Position numbers and translations under genes: made by a program. Below, piece after piece: positions 16,631-26,510 of a DNA stretch of 64,000 bases (position 1 is the stretch's first letter; each line of letters starts with the position of its first letter). The DNA lies in assembly GCA_963769935.1 (NCBI GenBank), contig CAVYNY010000030.1, forward strand, positions 1 to 64,000, written 5' to 3'. The notes below the pieces were generated by a model. That model made no database searches, was not told the origin of the DNA, and saw nothing but the letters and a program-made list of their open reading frames with translations. The stretch comes from an uncultured delta proteobacterium (GTDB lineage: Bacteria > Desulfobacterota > Desulfobacteria > Desulfobacterales > JAFDCJ01).

Positions 16631-19267
16631 CTAAAAGGCCGAAGCCATGGAAAACGCCCAGGCCCCCGCGCCATGATCTGTTGATTGAGGGTCTAGAATC
16701 CAGCCGTATTCCAAACGAACCGGTCCCATGGGTGAAAGCCAGCGGAAACCAAGTCCGGCGCTTTTTCTCAGGTTAAGGAAATCGATGTCTTCCTCATTGG
16801 AGTAAATATCGCCGGCGTCGAAAAAGACATCCCCGTAGGCGCCGAGCTGCGGTGCAATCGGAAAGCGAATCTCGGCGTTAAACTGCACAAATTCATTCCC
16901 ACCGACACAGGCGCCCGAACTGTCTCTGGGACACAGGTCGTCTCGTTCAAATCCGCGCAGCGCATCGTTGCCCACCATATAAAATTTTTCGTAGTCCGGC
17001 AGGGTCTTGCCCGGAATCTCTTTGACCACGCCGGCCTTGCCGTGCAGCACACCGACGGTCTGCCATAACAGAGGAAAATACCACCCGGTTTCTGCAATGA
17101 CTTTGTTAAAACCGACATTACCGCCGAGGCCGGCAAATTCATATTCTATATCCTGTAAAGAGCCCTCGGTCGGATGAAAAATCTGGTTCCTGGAATCATA
17201 TCTTATCGAGCTCGTGATACTGCTTTTTGTGTTCTCCCCGGAATCCCTTTTTATGGAGTCGGAGGCCTCATCACTCACATTCTTGATATTCCCGATATCA
17301 TAGTTGTAGCTGAGATTCCCCCGGGTATAATCAAATATGGGGTAACCCAACCGCAGCCGGCCGCCGACACTGTCCTTGTCGTAGTCCGGATAACTATACT
17401 TCCAGTTGTAGATGTCGGCACCCGCTGACAGCGGTATATCATACAGCCATGGTTCTGTGAAGCTCAACGTGTATCGCTGAGTCTTGGTGCCCACCTGGGA
17501 ATTGAGCGATAGAACCTGACCGCGCCCAAACAGGTTTCTCTCCGAGATTGAGCCGCTCAGAAATACACCTTCAGCATTGCCGTATCCGGCCCCGAAAGCA
17601 AAGGCCCCCGTGTCTTTTTCTTTCACATCGATGAGCAGTCGCATCTTGTCGTCGCTGCTGCCTTTAACGGTGTTGACCTTGACATCCTCAAAATAATCGA
17701 GCCGATATAGATTTCTGACGCTGCTCTTCAAGCGTCGGCCGCTGTAAAGTTCCTGTTCATAAACCTTCAACTGACGGCGAATGACTTTATCCCGGGTCTT
17801 GGTGTTGCCGCTGATGGTAATTTCTTCAAAATAGACCTGCTTGCCTTTGCGGATATCAATTTTGATATTAACGGTTAAATTTTCGGTATCTTCCTTAATG
17901 TCGGGTGAAATATCGGCATAGGCATAGCCTTCATCCGAATAAATATCTGTCAGTGTGATCACATCCAGGCGCAGCTGTTCGCGGTTAAAATATTCTTGTT
18001 CGGAAATTTTGATTTTTCCCAGCAGCTGCTCCTCCGGAATAATCAGGTCACCGGACATCGACACCTTGCCCACCTTGAACCGGCGTCCCTCCTCAATGCG
18101 GAAGGTAATAACAATGCCGTCCTCTTCAAATGTGACTTCCGGTTCGCCGACCCGGGCCTGGATATAGCCGTTATTTTGATAAAAAGCCGTCAATTTGCCG
18201 GTATCCTGGCTCAGTCTTTCCTGGTTGAGATCACCGGAACTCGTGATAAATGAAAGCAGGCCCTTTTCCGAGGTGTCTATAACACTTTTCAATTTGCGGC
18301 TGGGATAGGCAGTGTTGCCGATAAATTCAATTTTTTTTATTTTAAATTTCTTGCCTTCTTCAATGACATACTCCACGTCCGCCAGGTTATTTTCTTTGGG
18401 ATATATTTTGAAATTGACCTTGACATTGTAATAATTTTTTTCTTTGTAAAGCTCTTCAATGCGTCGTATGTCATTTTGAATGGTATTGATGTTGAGAATC
18501 GATCCCTTGCGCAGGGTTAACTCCTCCTTTATTTTTTCGTCATCATAGACCCAGGTATTGCCTTCTATGCTTATGTTGCGCACGGTAGGCTTTTCCTTAA
18601 CCACGAAGGTAATGATCTTACCATCGGCAACCGTCTGGGCTTCCACCCGTATGTCGTCAAAATAACCCATCTTATAAACAGCTTTTATATCATCGTTGAT
18701 ATTTTTTTCATTAAATATGTCCCCCGCTTTTATTTTCAATACTCTTCTGATGGCATCCGCTTCGATGCGGTCATTGCCTTTAATAAGAACCTTGACGATC
18801 TTCTCACGCTTGAAAAGCTTTAATCCAAGCTCGTTTACCAGATTTTTCAGGGTGGCGGGCAAATTCTCGACGCCTTCACCTTCAACCGAGAACAAATCCG
18901 GCTTTTCATCCCCCCTGGAAGACGCCAGCTTCGCATCCAGGCTGAAATTTTGACCGATCCAGGTCAAGCTCCCCCAAACGACATATTCAGCACCGATATC
19001 AAGGCCGAGATGTCGAATGTCTTCCATTCTGTCGGTTCGAACGTTGCGGGACGCAAGAGACGCTCGATCCAGAATCAGCACATTGGCGCCTTCCTGTTCA
19101 AGCTGGGTTTTGATTGCCTGGGGGATTTCCTTTTGTAAATACGATAAATCCTGCTGAGCATATATTTCAAAAGGCAATATGACAACCCTGACGGACTGTT
19201 GCGCAAATGCGACGTCAGTTAGCAGGCTGGTTAGTAAAAACAGGATCCACCATGCACGTTTGATCAT
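16631..19267 (-). CDS. bamA: Outer membrane protein assembly factor BamA with extra N-terminal domain
   Basis: POTRA repeats (GNDRIE, GNTKTRDKVIRR), LRGF motif, SPMGPVRLEYG, terminal F. Confidence 0.95.
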   Translation of the reverse strand: MIKRAWWILFLLTSLLTDVAFAQQSVRVVILPFEIYAQQDLSYLQKEIPQAIKTQLEQEGANVLILDRASLASRNVRTDRMEDIRHLGLDIGAEYVVWGSLTWIGQNFSLDAKLASSRGDEKPDLFSVEGEGVENLPATLKNLVNELGLKLFKREKIVKVLIKGNDRIEADAIRRVLKIKAGDIFNEKNINDDIKAVYKMGYFDDIRVEAQTVADGKIITFVVKEKPTVRNISIEGNTWVYDDEKIKEELTLRKGSILNINTIQNDIRRIEELYKEKNYYNVKVNFKIYPKENNLADVEYVIEEGKKFKIKKIEFIGNTAYPSRKLKSVIDTSEKGLLSFITSSGDLNQERLSQDTGKLTAFYQNNGYIQARVGEPEVTFEEDGIVITFRIEEGRRFKVGKVSMSGDLIIPEEQLLGKIKISEQEYFNREQLRLDVITLTDIYSDEGYAYADISPDIKEDTENLTVNIKIDIRKGKQVYFEEITISGNTKTRDKVIRRQLKVYEQELYSGRRLKSSVRNLYRLDYFEDVKVNTVKGSSDDKMRLLIDVKEKDTGAFAFGAGYGNAEGVFLSGSISERNLFGRGQVLSLNSQVGTKTQRYTLSFTEPWLYDIPLSAGADIYNWKYSYPDYDKDSVGGRLRLGYPIFDYTRGNLSYNYDIGNIKNVSDEASDSIKRDSGENTKSSITSSIRYDSRNQIFHPTEGSLQDIEYEFAGLGGNVGFNKVIAETGWYFPLLWQTVGVLHGKAGVVKEIPGKTLPDYEKFYMVGNDALRGFERDDLCPRDSSGACVGGNEFVQFNAEIRFPIAPQLGAYGDVFFDAGDIYSNEEDIDFLNLRKSAGLGFRWLSPMGPVRLEYGWILDPQSTDHGAGAWAFSMASAF

Positions 19268-19328
19268 AAAATCCTAATAGTTGAACCAAGGGAAAGGCTG
19301 AATAACGGTTGCTGTCAGTTCGTCAAGC

Positions 19329-20045
19329 TCACGGCACAGGCAACAGTTTTCCATCGCCAATCGTCACCCTGCGGGACATGAAAGATGCAAGCTCCATGTT
19401 ATGGGTAACCACAACCAAGGTCATTGAGAGTTCCCGATTCAGCTCCATCAGGAGGGCGTGTATTTGTTGACTGTTGGATTTATCCAAATTTCCGGTGGGC
19501 TCATCCGCCAGCAAAAGTGCCGGCTTCAGCACCAGCGCCCTGGCAAGAGCTACTCGCTGCTGCTCACCGCCCGACAATTTTCCCACCCGATAATGCAGTC
19601 TATCTTTCAGTCCGACCCTGATGAGAATGTTCTCCGCCGCCTGAGCGGCTTCTTGTTTGCTTGTGCCCTTGATTAGTGCCGGCATCATCGTATTCTCAAC
19701 CGAACTGAATTCGGGCAAAAGATGGTGAAATTGAAAAACAAATCCAATCGACACATTGCGAAAATGGGCCAGCTTCAGATCGTCATAAGAAAAAACATCC
19801 TCTCCGCTGAACAGCAATTGGCCGCTGTCAGGTCTGTCCAGGGTGCCGAGGATATGAAGCAGGGTTGATTTTCCGATTCCGGAGGCACCCACAATGGCAA
19901 TTGTTTCACCGGCCGTTAAATCAAAGTCGAGTTCTTTTAAAACATCGACGCCGGCTCCGCCGTTGGAAAATTTTTTACACAAACCACGGACGCTTATAAG
20001 GCTCGCTGACGATCCGGGCTCATCGTTTTGTTTCTTTATTTGCAT
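19329..20045 (-). CDS. lolD: Lipoprotein-releasing ABC transporter ATP-binding protein
   Basis: [36 protein letters not shown]. Confidence 0.92.
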   Translation of the reverse strand: MQIKKQNDEPGSSASLISVRGLCKKFSNGGAGVDVLKELDFDLTAGETIAIVGASGIGKSTLLHILGTLDRPDSGQLLFSGEDVFSYDDLKLAHFRNVSIGFVFQFHHLLPEFSSVENTMMPALIKGTSKQEAAQAAENILIRVGLKDRLHYRVGKLSGGEQQRVALARALVLKPALLLADEPTGNLDKSNSQQIHALLMELNRELSMTLVVVTHNMELASFMSRRVTIGDGKLLPVP

Positions 20046-20085
20046 TGCTGTTCTGACAAAAGTTATGAAGCGGGAAAATCAAATA

Positions 20086-20225
20086 AATGAATATTGAAAA
20101 TTGAATATTGAATATTTGTGGTGTTCCATCATTTTATTTTCGCTTCCTTGATATAAATTGCATGAAATATCATTTAAAGGACAAAATTCCTTAAATATTC
20201 ATTATGCAATCTTCAATCTTCAATC
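20086..20225. repeat. Two-armed heptamer element (TGAATAT / TTCAATC)
   Basis: aatgaatattgaaaattgaatattgaatattt ... aaatattcattatgcaatcttcaatcttcaatc; right arm also at 48783-48824. Confidence 0.7.
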
Positions 20226-20229
20226 ATCA

Positions 20230-21468
20230 TCACCCGTAACGGATCGCATCGACCGGATTTAATTTGGCTGCCTGGCGCGCAGGATACAGCGTCGCAAGAA
20301 AACAGATCACAAGCGCTGCGATAATGATGGAGGCAACGTCGGGCAATTCCAGCTTCACCGGTAGTTGCGTGGTAAAGTAATAGATATCTCCGGTCAGTTC
20401 GTGAATATTATAATGTTTGAGGCCCGTGCAGATCACAAGCCCCAAGCCCAACCCGATGAGGGTGCCGACGGTACCGATAACCATGCCGTTGAAAACAAAT
20501 ATTTTCCTAATGCTGCGTTCGGTGGCCCCCATGGCTTTTAAGATGGCAATATCCTTGGTTTTTCCCATAACCATCATGATCAGACTGCTGGCGATGTTAA
20601 AGGCCGCGACCAGCACAATGAGCGTCAAAATGATGAACATCACCCTTCTTTCCAGTTTCATGGCCTTGAAAAGATTGCGATTCATCTGCATCCAGTCCCG
20701 CGCCCAATAAGGAAACCCGAGTTTGTCGATGATACGCTGGGCTACATTGCGGGCGTGATATATATCGGTTACGCGGACGTCCAGACCGGTGACGGAGTCT
20801 CCCATACGCATGATCTTCTGGGCATCTTTGATATTGATAAAGGCAAAGGTCTGATCGTACTCATACATGCCCGACTCAAAAAATCCGGATACCTTAAACT
20901 GTTTCATGGCCGGAACATGCCCTATGGGTGATATCATCCCCCGTGGAGAAATTAAATAGATCACGTCTCCTTCAATAACCCCGAGGTTTTTGGCCAACTC
21001 GCGGCCCAAAACAATACCGGGAATATCAGGGGACGAACCTGAAGAGGAATTTTCGCCGACGGAACTGGGTAGATTCAGATGCTGCAAAGTCTTCATGACC
21101 CGGCCGGCAGAGTCGGGATCGATTCCGCGCAGTACGGCTCCGGAAGCACCATTTTTGGAGCGAAGCATGATCTGAGCGTAGATAAACGGGGTGGCCGCCT
21201 CAACGCCGGGCGTTTTCTCCACCTCCTGGAGGATCTGGCGATAATTGGTAAAGGCGCCGCCGTGGCGCATGATCATCACCTGCGGCTGACCACCCAGAAT
21301 ACGACTCTTCAGGTCCGCTTCGAAGCCGGACATGACCGCAATGACCACGATCAAGGCCATAACGCCCACCGCCACCCCGGCAACGGAAAGAATCGTAATT
21401 AAGGATATAAACGCCTGCTTTTGTTTGGCCCTGAGATACCGGCGGCCGATGAATATTTCAAATCCCAT
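20230..21468 (-). CDS. Lipoprotein-releasing ABC transporter permease LolC/E family (single copy)
   Basis: RRYLRAK, VIAVMSGF, DIAILKAMGA, YPARQAAKLNP. Confidence 0.92.
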   Translation of the reverse strand: MGFEIFIGRRYLRAKQKQAFISLITILSVAGVAVGVMALIVVIAVMSGFEADLKSRILGGQPQVMIMRHGGAFTNYRQILQEVEKTPGVEAATPFIYAQIMLRSKNGASGAVLRGIDPDSAGRVMKTLQHLNLPSSVGENSSSGSSPDIPGIVLGRELAKNLGVIEGDVIYLISPRGMISPIGHVPAMKQFKVSGFFESGMYEYDQTFAFINIKDAQKIMRMGDSVTGLDVRVTDIYHARNVAQRIIDKLGFPYWARDWMQMNRNLFKAMKLERRVMFIILTLIVLVAAFNIASSLIMMVMGKTKDIAILKAMGATERSIRKIFVFNGMVIGTVGTLIGLGLGLVICTGLKHYNIHELTGDIYYFTTQLPVKLELPDVASIIIAALVICFLATLYPARQAAKLNPVDAIRYG

Positions 21469-21538
21469 GGAGCGGTTATTGGTAATTGATTATGTATTTT
21501 TAAATGATGTCAGTAGTTCGTAATTAGACGGACAAAAC

Positions 21539-21603
21539 TCTGTCTTCTGTTCTCTGGCCTCTGTAATCTGTCCCCTTGCCCATTCAATCCGCAACCCGCA
21601 ATC
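21539..21603. repeat. Short heptamer arrays (TCTGTCT, CCGCAA)
   Basis: tctgtcttctgttctctggcctctgtaatctgtcc ... caatccgcaacccgcaatc. Confidence 0.6.
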
Positions 21604-23103
21604 TTAAGTCCCTGAATTCCCAGCCGGTTTCATGTGGGGAAAGAGAATAACCTCCCGAATGGAGGCCGCATCGGTAAGCAGCATGACCAGTCTATCAATT
21701 CCGATACCTTCGCCGGCTGTCGGAGGCATCCCGTATTCCAGGGCCTCTATATAATCATCATCCATCCGATGGGCTTCCTCGTCACCGGCCTCTCTCCCCT
21801 TAACCTGTTGAGCGAACCGCTGATACTGGTCAACCGGGTCATTGAGCTCCGAAAAACCATTGGCAATTTCACGACCGGCAATAAAAAGTTCAAACCGTTC
21901 GGTGAGTTCGGGCTCCTGGTCGCTGCGCCTTGATAAAGGAGAGACCTCTGTCGGGTAGCCGGTAATAAATGTGGGCTGAATCAGTTTGGGTTCCACCAGC
22001 GCATCAAACAGTTTGGTGATGACTTTGCCCAACTGACCGGTTTTGGTGACCTGAACGCCGTTGCGGGCCGCAAATTCCAGCAGGCCTTGTTTGTCATTCA
22101 GAAGGTGGCTGTCGAGGCCGCCGAGTTCCACCAGCGCCGAAAAAAGTGACATGCGGCGCCATGGACCGGAAGTATCAATGGTCTCACCCTGGTAGCTGAA
22201 TTTCGCCGATCCGTTGATCCCCTCGGCAACCTGCGAAATCAATTCTTCCGTTAAGTCCATTAGATCGGAATAGGTGGCATAGGCCTGATAGAATTCAATC
22301 ATGGTGAATTCCGGATTGTGCTGGGTGGACACACCTTCATTTCTGAAATTGCGGTTAATTTCAAAAACCCTCTCAAAACCTCCGACAACCAGACGCTTCA
22401 AATATAACTCCGGCGCGATGCGCAGGTAAAGGTCCATACTCAGCGCATTGTGATAGGTTTTAAACGGGGTGGCTTCCGCACCGCCGGGAACCGGCTGCAT
22501 CATAGGGGTTTCAACTTCGAGAAAATCCCGGCTGATAAAAAAATCGCGGATCAGTTGAATGATCCGGCTGCGTTTTAAAAAGATATCCCGCACGTCGGCA
22601 TTCATGATTAAATCAATGTAACGCTGACGGTATCTCTTTTCCGGATCCCGCAATCCGTGAAATTTCTCGGGCAGAGGGCGCGTCGCTTTGCACAGCAGCA
22701 CTAGTTCACTGGCCAGCAGCGTCCATTCACCGGTTTTGGTTTGGAACAGCCCACCCCTTAGCCCGACGAAATCGCCGATATCAAGCTGCTTGAATAGACG
22801 GTAAGCCTCGGCACCGATGCGATCGTTTCTGACGTAGGCCTGAAGCTGTCCCGTCCGGTCCCTGAACCGGATGAAAGCGCTTTTACCGAAATTGTTGACC
22901 GCCATTATGCGTCCGGCAGTTGTAAAGCTCGGTTCTACCTCTGTCATGGATTGCGGTGATTTTTCAATGGCCCTGCGAATATCCCGAATGGTATGTTGAA
23001 CCCTAAATCCATTGGGAAAGGGATTGATATTGTTTTTCTTTAAATCTTCAATTTTTTCTTTGCGCTGGTGCAACAGCTCGCTTGTTTTTTCCATATCCAT
23101 CAA
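21604..23103 (-). CDS. lysS: Lysine--tRNA ligase (class II)
   Basis: LPEKFHGL, RYRQRY, LRIAPELYLKRL, FRNEG, GMPPTAGEGIGIDRL. Confidence 0.98.
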   Translation of the reverse strand: MMDMEKTSELLHQRKEKIEDLKKNNINPFPNGFRVQHTIRDIRRAIEKSPQSMTEVEPSFTTAGRIMAVNNFGKSAFIRFRDRTGQLQAYVRNDRIGAEAYRLFKQLDIGDFVGLRGGLFQTKTGEWTLLASELVLLCKATRPLPEKFHGLRDPEKRYRQRYIDLIMNADVRDIFLKRSRIIQLIRDFFISRDFLEVETPMMQPVPGGAEATPFKTYHNALSMDLYLRIAPELYLKRLVVGGFERVFEINRNFRNEGVSTQHNPEFTMIEFYQAYATYSDLMDLTEELISQVAEGINGSAKFSYQGETIDTSGPWRRMSLFSALVELGGLDSHLLNDKQGLLEFAARNGVQVTKTGQLGKVITKLFDALVEPKLIQPTFITGYPTEVSPLSRRSDQEPELTERFELFIAGREIANGFSELNDPVDQYQRFAQQVKGREAGDEEAHRMDDDYIEALEYGMPPTAGEGIGIDRLVMLLTDAASIREVILFPHMKPAGNSGT

Positions 23104-23259
23104 CTATCTTTTTGGTATTGTGCAACCCGGATGAATTCAGGAATTAATTGCCTGACCCAGCCTGCCGGTGAAAGGTCATGGGCAGGCCGACCGGGATACC
23201 CTTTAATTGTTTGGAAAGCAAATTATATTTGGTAGCTCATTTGGGATTAACTGTCAAGA

Positions 23260-24561
23260 TCAAGTTGGTCTTTCGATCTGTTTGAATTGCAGGAGAAAGG
23301 TCGTGCCTTTATCGATTTCACTTTGGACATCCAGCAGGGAATCATAGGCCTCGAGAATGCGCTGGACGATCGAAAGACCGAGACCCGTACCGGAAGGTTT
23401 GGTGGTAAAAAAAGGATTAAAAATATGCTTGAGATCATCCTGGGATATGCCGCGGCCATTATCGGTGATTTTAATAACAGCCTGCCTATTCTTTGACCCA
23501 TACATTTCAATATCGATTGCGCCATCCCCCTCAATGGCTTCCGACGCATTTATCAATAAATTCCAGAGAATCTGGCGGAGATGCACCGGATCCATGGCAA
23601 TCCAAATATTGGGTTGGATATGCTTGTTCGTTATGATACGCCCATCGTTATTGGCATCTTTCTCAAACAACTCGGCGGTATCAATTAAGATTTTATCGAG
23701 TTCAATGGACTCGGCTTTGCCGGCGGGCGGTCGCGCGTAAAGCAAAAAATTGGTAACCAAAGAGCTTAACCGATCGGCCTCCCGCAATATGATTTGCATC
23801 AGCCGGTCGTGATCCGCATCATACCGGATATCATCGCGCAGCAGTTGGATGGAACTTGTCAGGGAAGCAAGAGGGTTTTTGATCTCATGGGCCAGTCCGG
23901 CGGCCATTTCGCCGATGGCTGCCATTTTTTCCACACGCTTTACATGGTCCTCCATGGTGCGCAGTTCTCTTCTGGTCCTGCGCACCTGTTCCGATAGAAA
24001 ACTGCTGAGAAATGCAACGGCCAAACAGGCAGTCATGGTTATCAAAATTTTATAGATAACCTGATTCCAGCTGTAGGCGGATGCCAGAAGCACAGCTTCG
24101 GTGCCGAAGGGCAATAATACCCCATAGTATTCAAGGTCCACTATGATGCCGAACTGAATACCGCAGAGGGCCGCGATCACAATTGTACCACGAGGGGGAA
24201 GCAATATGCTGGAATATATGATTACCACCAGGTACAGAAAGGAGAAAATACTGGAATAATTGCCCGTGACAAATAATATCACGGTTACGACCAACGTATC
24301 GACTAAAACCTGCACATAGGCAAACAGGATCAAGCGCTTGATGCGGTATAATCCCAGCCCATATAATATTGATAGAAAAAAGATGGTGCCAATAAGACCA
24401 TACAAAAGGATGAAGGGCGGACCGATAGGAGGCGGTGATTCGCCAAATTGCAGGATAATGGTAGAGCTCAGAAGCAGGGTTGAAAAAAGGGCCCGAAAAA
24501 GAATCAACCACTTTAACTTTTCCCTGATTTCCCCTTCAGGCACTGATGACATGCGAGCCAT
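23260..24561 (-). CDS. pilS: PilS-like membrane sensor histidine kinase (start placed at MARMS after AGGGG RBS)
   Basis: Multi-TM N-terminus, AHEIKNPL, NLLINA, DNGRGI, FNPFFTTK, GTGLGL; next to pilC. Confidence 0.75.
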   Translation of the reverse strand: MARMSSVPEGEIREKLKWLILFRALFSTLLLSSTIILQFGESPPPIGPPFILLYGLIGTIFFLSILYGLGLYRIKRLILFAYVQVLVDTLVVTVILFVTGNYSSIFSFLYLVVIIYSSILLPPRGTIVIAALCGIQFGIIVDLEYYGVLLPFGTEAVLLASAYSWNQVIYKILITMTACLAVAFLSSFLSEQVRRTRRELRTMEDHVKRVEKMAAIGEMAAGLAHEIKNPLASLTSSIQLLRDDIRYDADHDRLMQIILREADRLSSLVTNFLLYARPPAGKAESIELDKILIDTAELFEKDANNDGRIITNKHIQPNIWIAMDPVHLRQILWNLLINASEAIEGDGAIDIEMYGSKNRQAVIKITDNGRGISQDDLKHIFNPFFTTKPSGTGLGLSIVQRILEAYDSLLDVQSEIDKGTTFLLQFKQIERPT

Positions 24562-24859
24562 AGTTCCCCTTAAGTCCAGCTGAATTTGAGCGAACCGGAA
24601 GCAGCACCGGCCGAACACCGGTCGGCCATGGCGGTCCTGAAATTTCCCGTTTAGAGATTGGCCTTAAAACGACATGATGGTTTAGTTGAAATCACCGGCC
24701 GCGGCGAACACGGGAGCGGAACTTCGCCGCTGATGAGAGTCCGGCGGGCAACGGTTGATCTGCTCTACTAGAAAAACAACCAAATTTCAATCTGATAAAG
24801 CTGTCGGGTAAGAAAAAGCAGTATGGCTGGGCAGCGGCAATTCCCGCTCGGAACACCAG

Positions 24860-24892
24860 AAAAAAATGCCGCAAATCCAGCTTGCGGCATTT
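24860..24892 (-). terminator. Intrinsic terminator after pilC
   Basis: 11-bp stem AAATGCCGCAA/TTGCGGCATTT followed by a T run on the minus strand. Confidence 0.7.
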
Positions 24893-24916
24893 GTTCTCGG
24901 TTGATATCGTGCACGG

Positions 24917-26134
24917 CTAGCCACCAATGGCACCGGCCATTTTAAATATCGGTAGATACATGGCAACCACCAGACCGCCGATTGTCACACCCAGAAATAC
25001 CAGCATAAAGGGCTCAATCAAGGAGGTCAGATTTTCGACGGCCTGATCAACTTCCTCATCGTAAAAATCGGCAATTTTTTCCAGCATGGCATCCAGCGCA
25101 CCGGTTGACTCGCCCACACCGATCATCTGGCAGACCATCGGCGGGAACACGCCGCTTTCAACCAACGGATCCGCCATGGTGCGTCCTTCAGAAATTCCCG
25201 AGCGGACGTTGTAGATGGCCTTTTCGACGGTACGGTTTCCCGCGGTTTTAGCTACAATATCAAGTGCTTCCAAAATAGACACACCGCTGGCCAGCATGGT
25301 CCCCATGGTACGGGTAAATTTGGCAACGGCCACCTTGCGTAAAAGTTCGCCGAATACCGGGACTTTTAACAGCAAGTCGTCCACAACATCGCGACCTTTT
25401 TGAGTGCTGTGGAATTTCTTAAAAGCAATGATAAAGAGAGCAAGGCCAATAAGGATGTATATAATTTTGCTTTTAACCATATCGCTCATCGCCACAACTA
25501 TCTGGGTGGGAACCGGCAGCTCGCCGCCAAAATCTGCAAACATTTCCTGGAAAACCGGAATAACAAAAACCAAAATAACTGCTAAAACGACGATGGCAAT
25601 AATCAGGGTGACGATGGGATAGGTCATGGCCCCTTTGACCTGGGATTTGAGCTTGGCGGCTTTTTCCATATAGGCCGCCAATCTTCTCAAAATTGCATCG
25701 AGGATACCGCCGGCTTCACCGGCGGCAATCATATTCACAAAAAGATCATCAAACTGTTTGGGAAATTTCTTCAAAGCTTCGGCCAGGGTAGCGCCGCCTT
25801 CGACCGACTCCTTGATATCCTTTAGCATCTTTTTAAAGGTGGCGTTGGCCTGTTGACTGTAAAGAATGTCCAGACACTGGATGATGGGCAGGCCGGCGTC
25901 GATCATGGTTGAGAACTGCCTGGCAAAGAGTATAATGTCGCGCTCTTTGACTCTTGGCTGAAGAAAGGAGACATTTTGAAAGAGATCTTTGGGCTTTTTC
26001 TTGATTTTGGTGGGAGTTATCCGCTGGCGTATCAGCTGGGCCTTGACCGCCTCTTCGCTGACTGCTTCAATTTCGCCTTTTTGGACCTCGTCCTTTCTGT
26101 TTTTGCCCACCCATTGATAAACTGGCATGATCAT
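24917..26134 (-). CDS. pilC: Type IV pilus platform protein (GspF/PilC family)
   Basis: FARQFSTMIDAGLP, AGEAGGILD, GESTGALD, AMYLPIF. Confidence 0.93.
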   Translation of the reverse strand: MIMPVYQWVGKNRKDEVQKGEIEAVSEEAVKAQLIRQRITPTKIKKKPKDLFQNVSFLQPRVKERDIILFARQFSTMIDAGLPIIQCLDILYSQQANATFKKMLKDIKESVEGGATLAEALKKFPKQFDDLFVNMIAAGEAGGILDAILRRLAAYMEKAAKLKSQVKGAMTYPIVTLIIAIVVLAVILVFVIPVFQEMFADFGGELPVPTQIVVAMSDMVKSKIIYILIGLALFIIAFKKFHSTQKGRDVVDDLLLKVPVFGELLRKVAVAKFTRTMGTMLASGVSILEALDIVAKTAGNRTVEKAIYNVRSGISEGRTMADPLVESGVFPPMVCQMIGVGESTGALDAMLEKIADFYDEEVDQAVENLTSLIEPFMLVFLGVTIGGLVVAMYLPIFKMAGAIGG

Positions 26135-26510
26135 TCCTCCCTGATAATTTTAGATAAGACGCAATTGCCGGTGGTTTATTCCCGCTCCTCGATTTGGGGG
26201 CGTCGGCAGAGCAGCAAATAAATGCAAATTTTATGCCGGGCAAGCATCCAGGTCGCCATCATAGTATTCAGATTCTTTATCGGTCGATGGGAATAAAAAC
26301 TTAAATTCTTTGTAAGAATTATTGATATTATATGCCCGGAGGGATGTCAAGATCCGCGGCGCTCCGGCATACAAGCAGTATTACATGTGTTTTCAATATC
26401 ATAGCATCCATCAAATTAGATAATATGCTATTGGCAATACTTTTTTAAATGTGTTAACCTGAAAGCCCGTTGAAGCGTTGATTGGATGATGGATTGACTG
26501 GAAAAAAACA

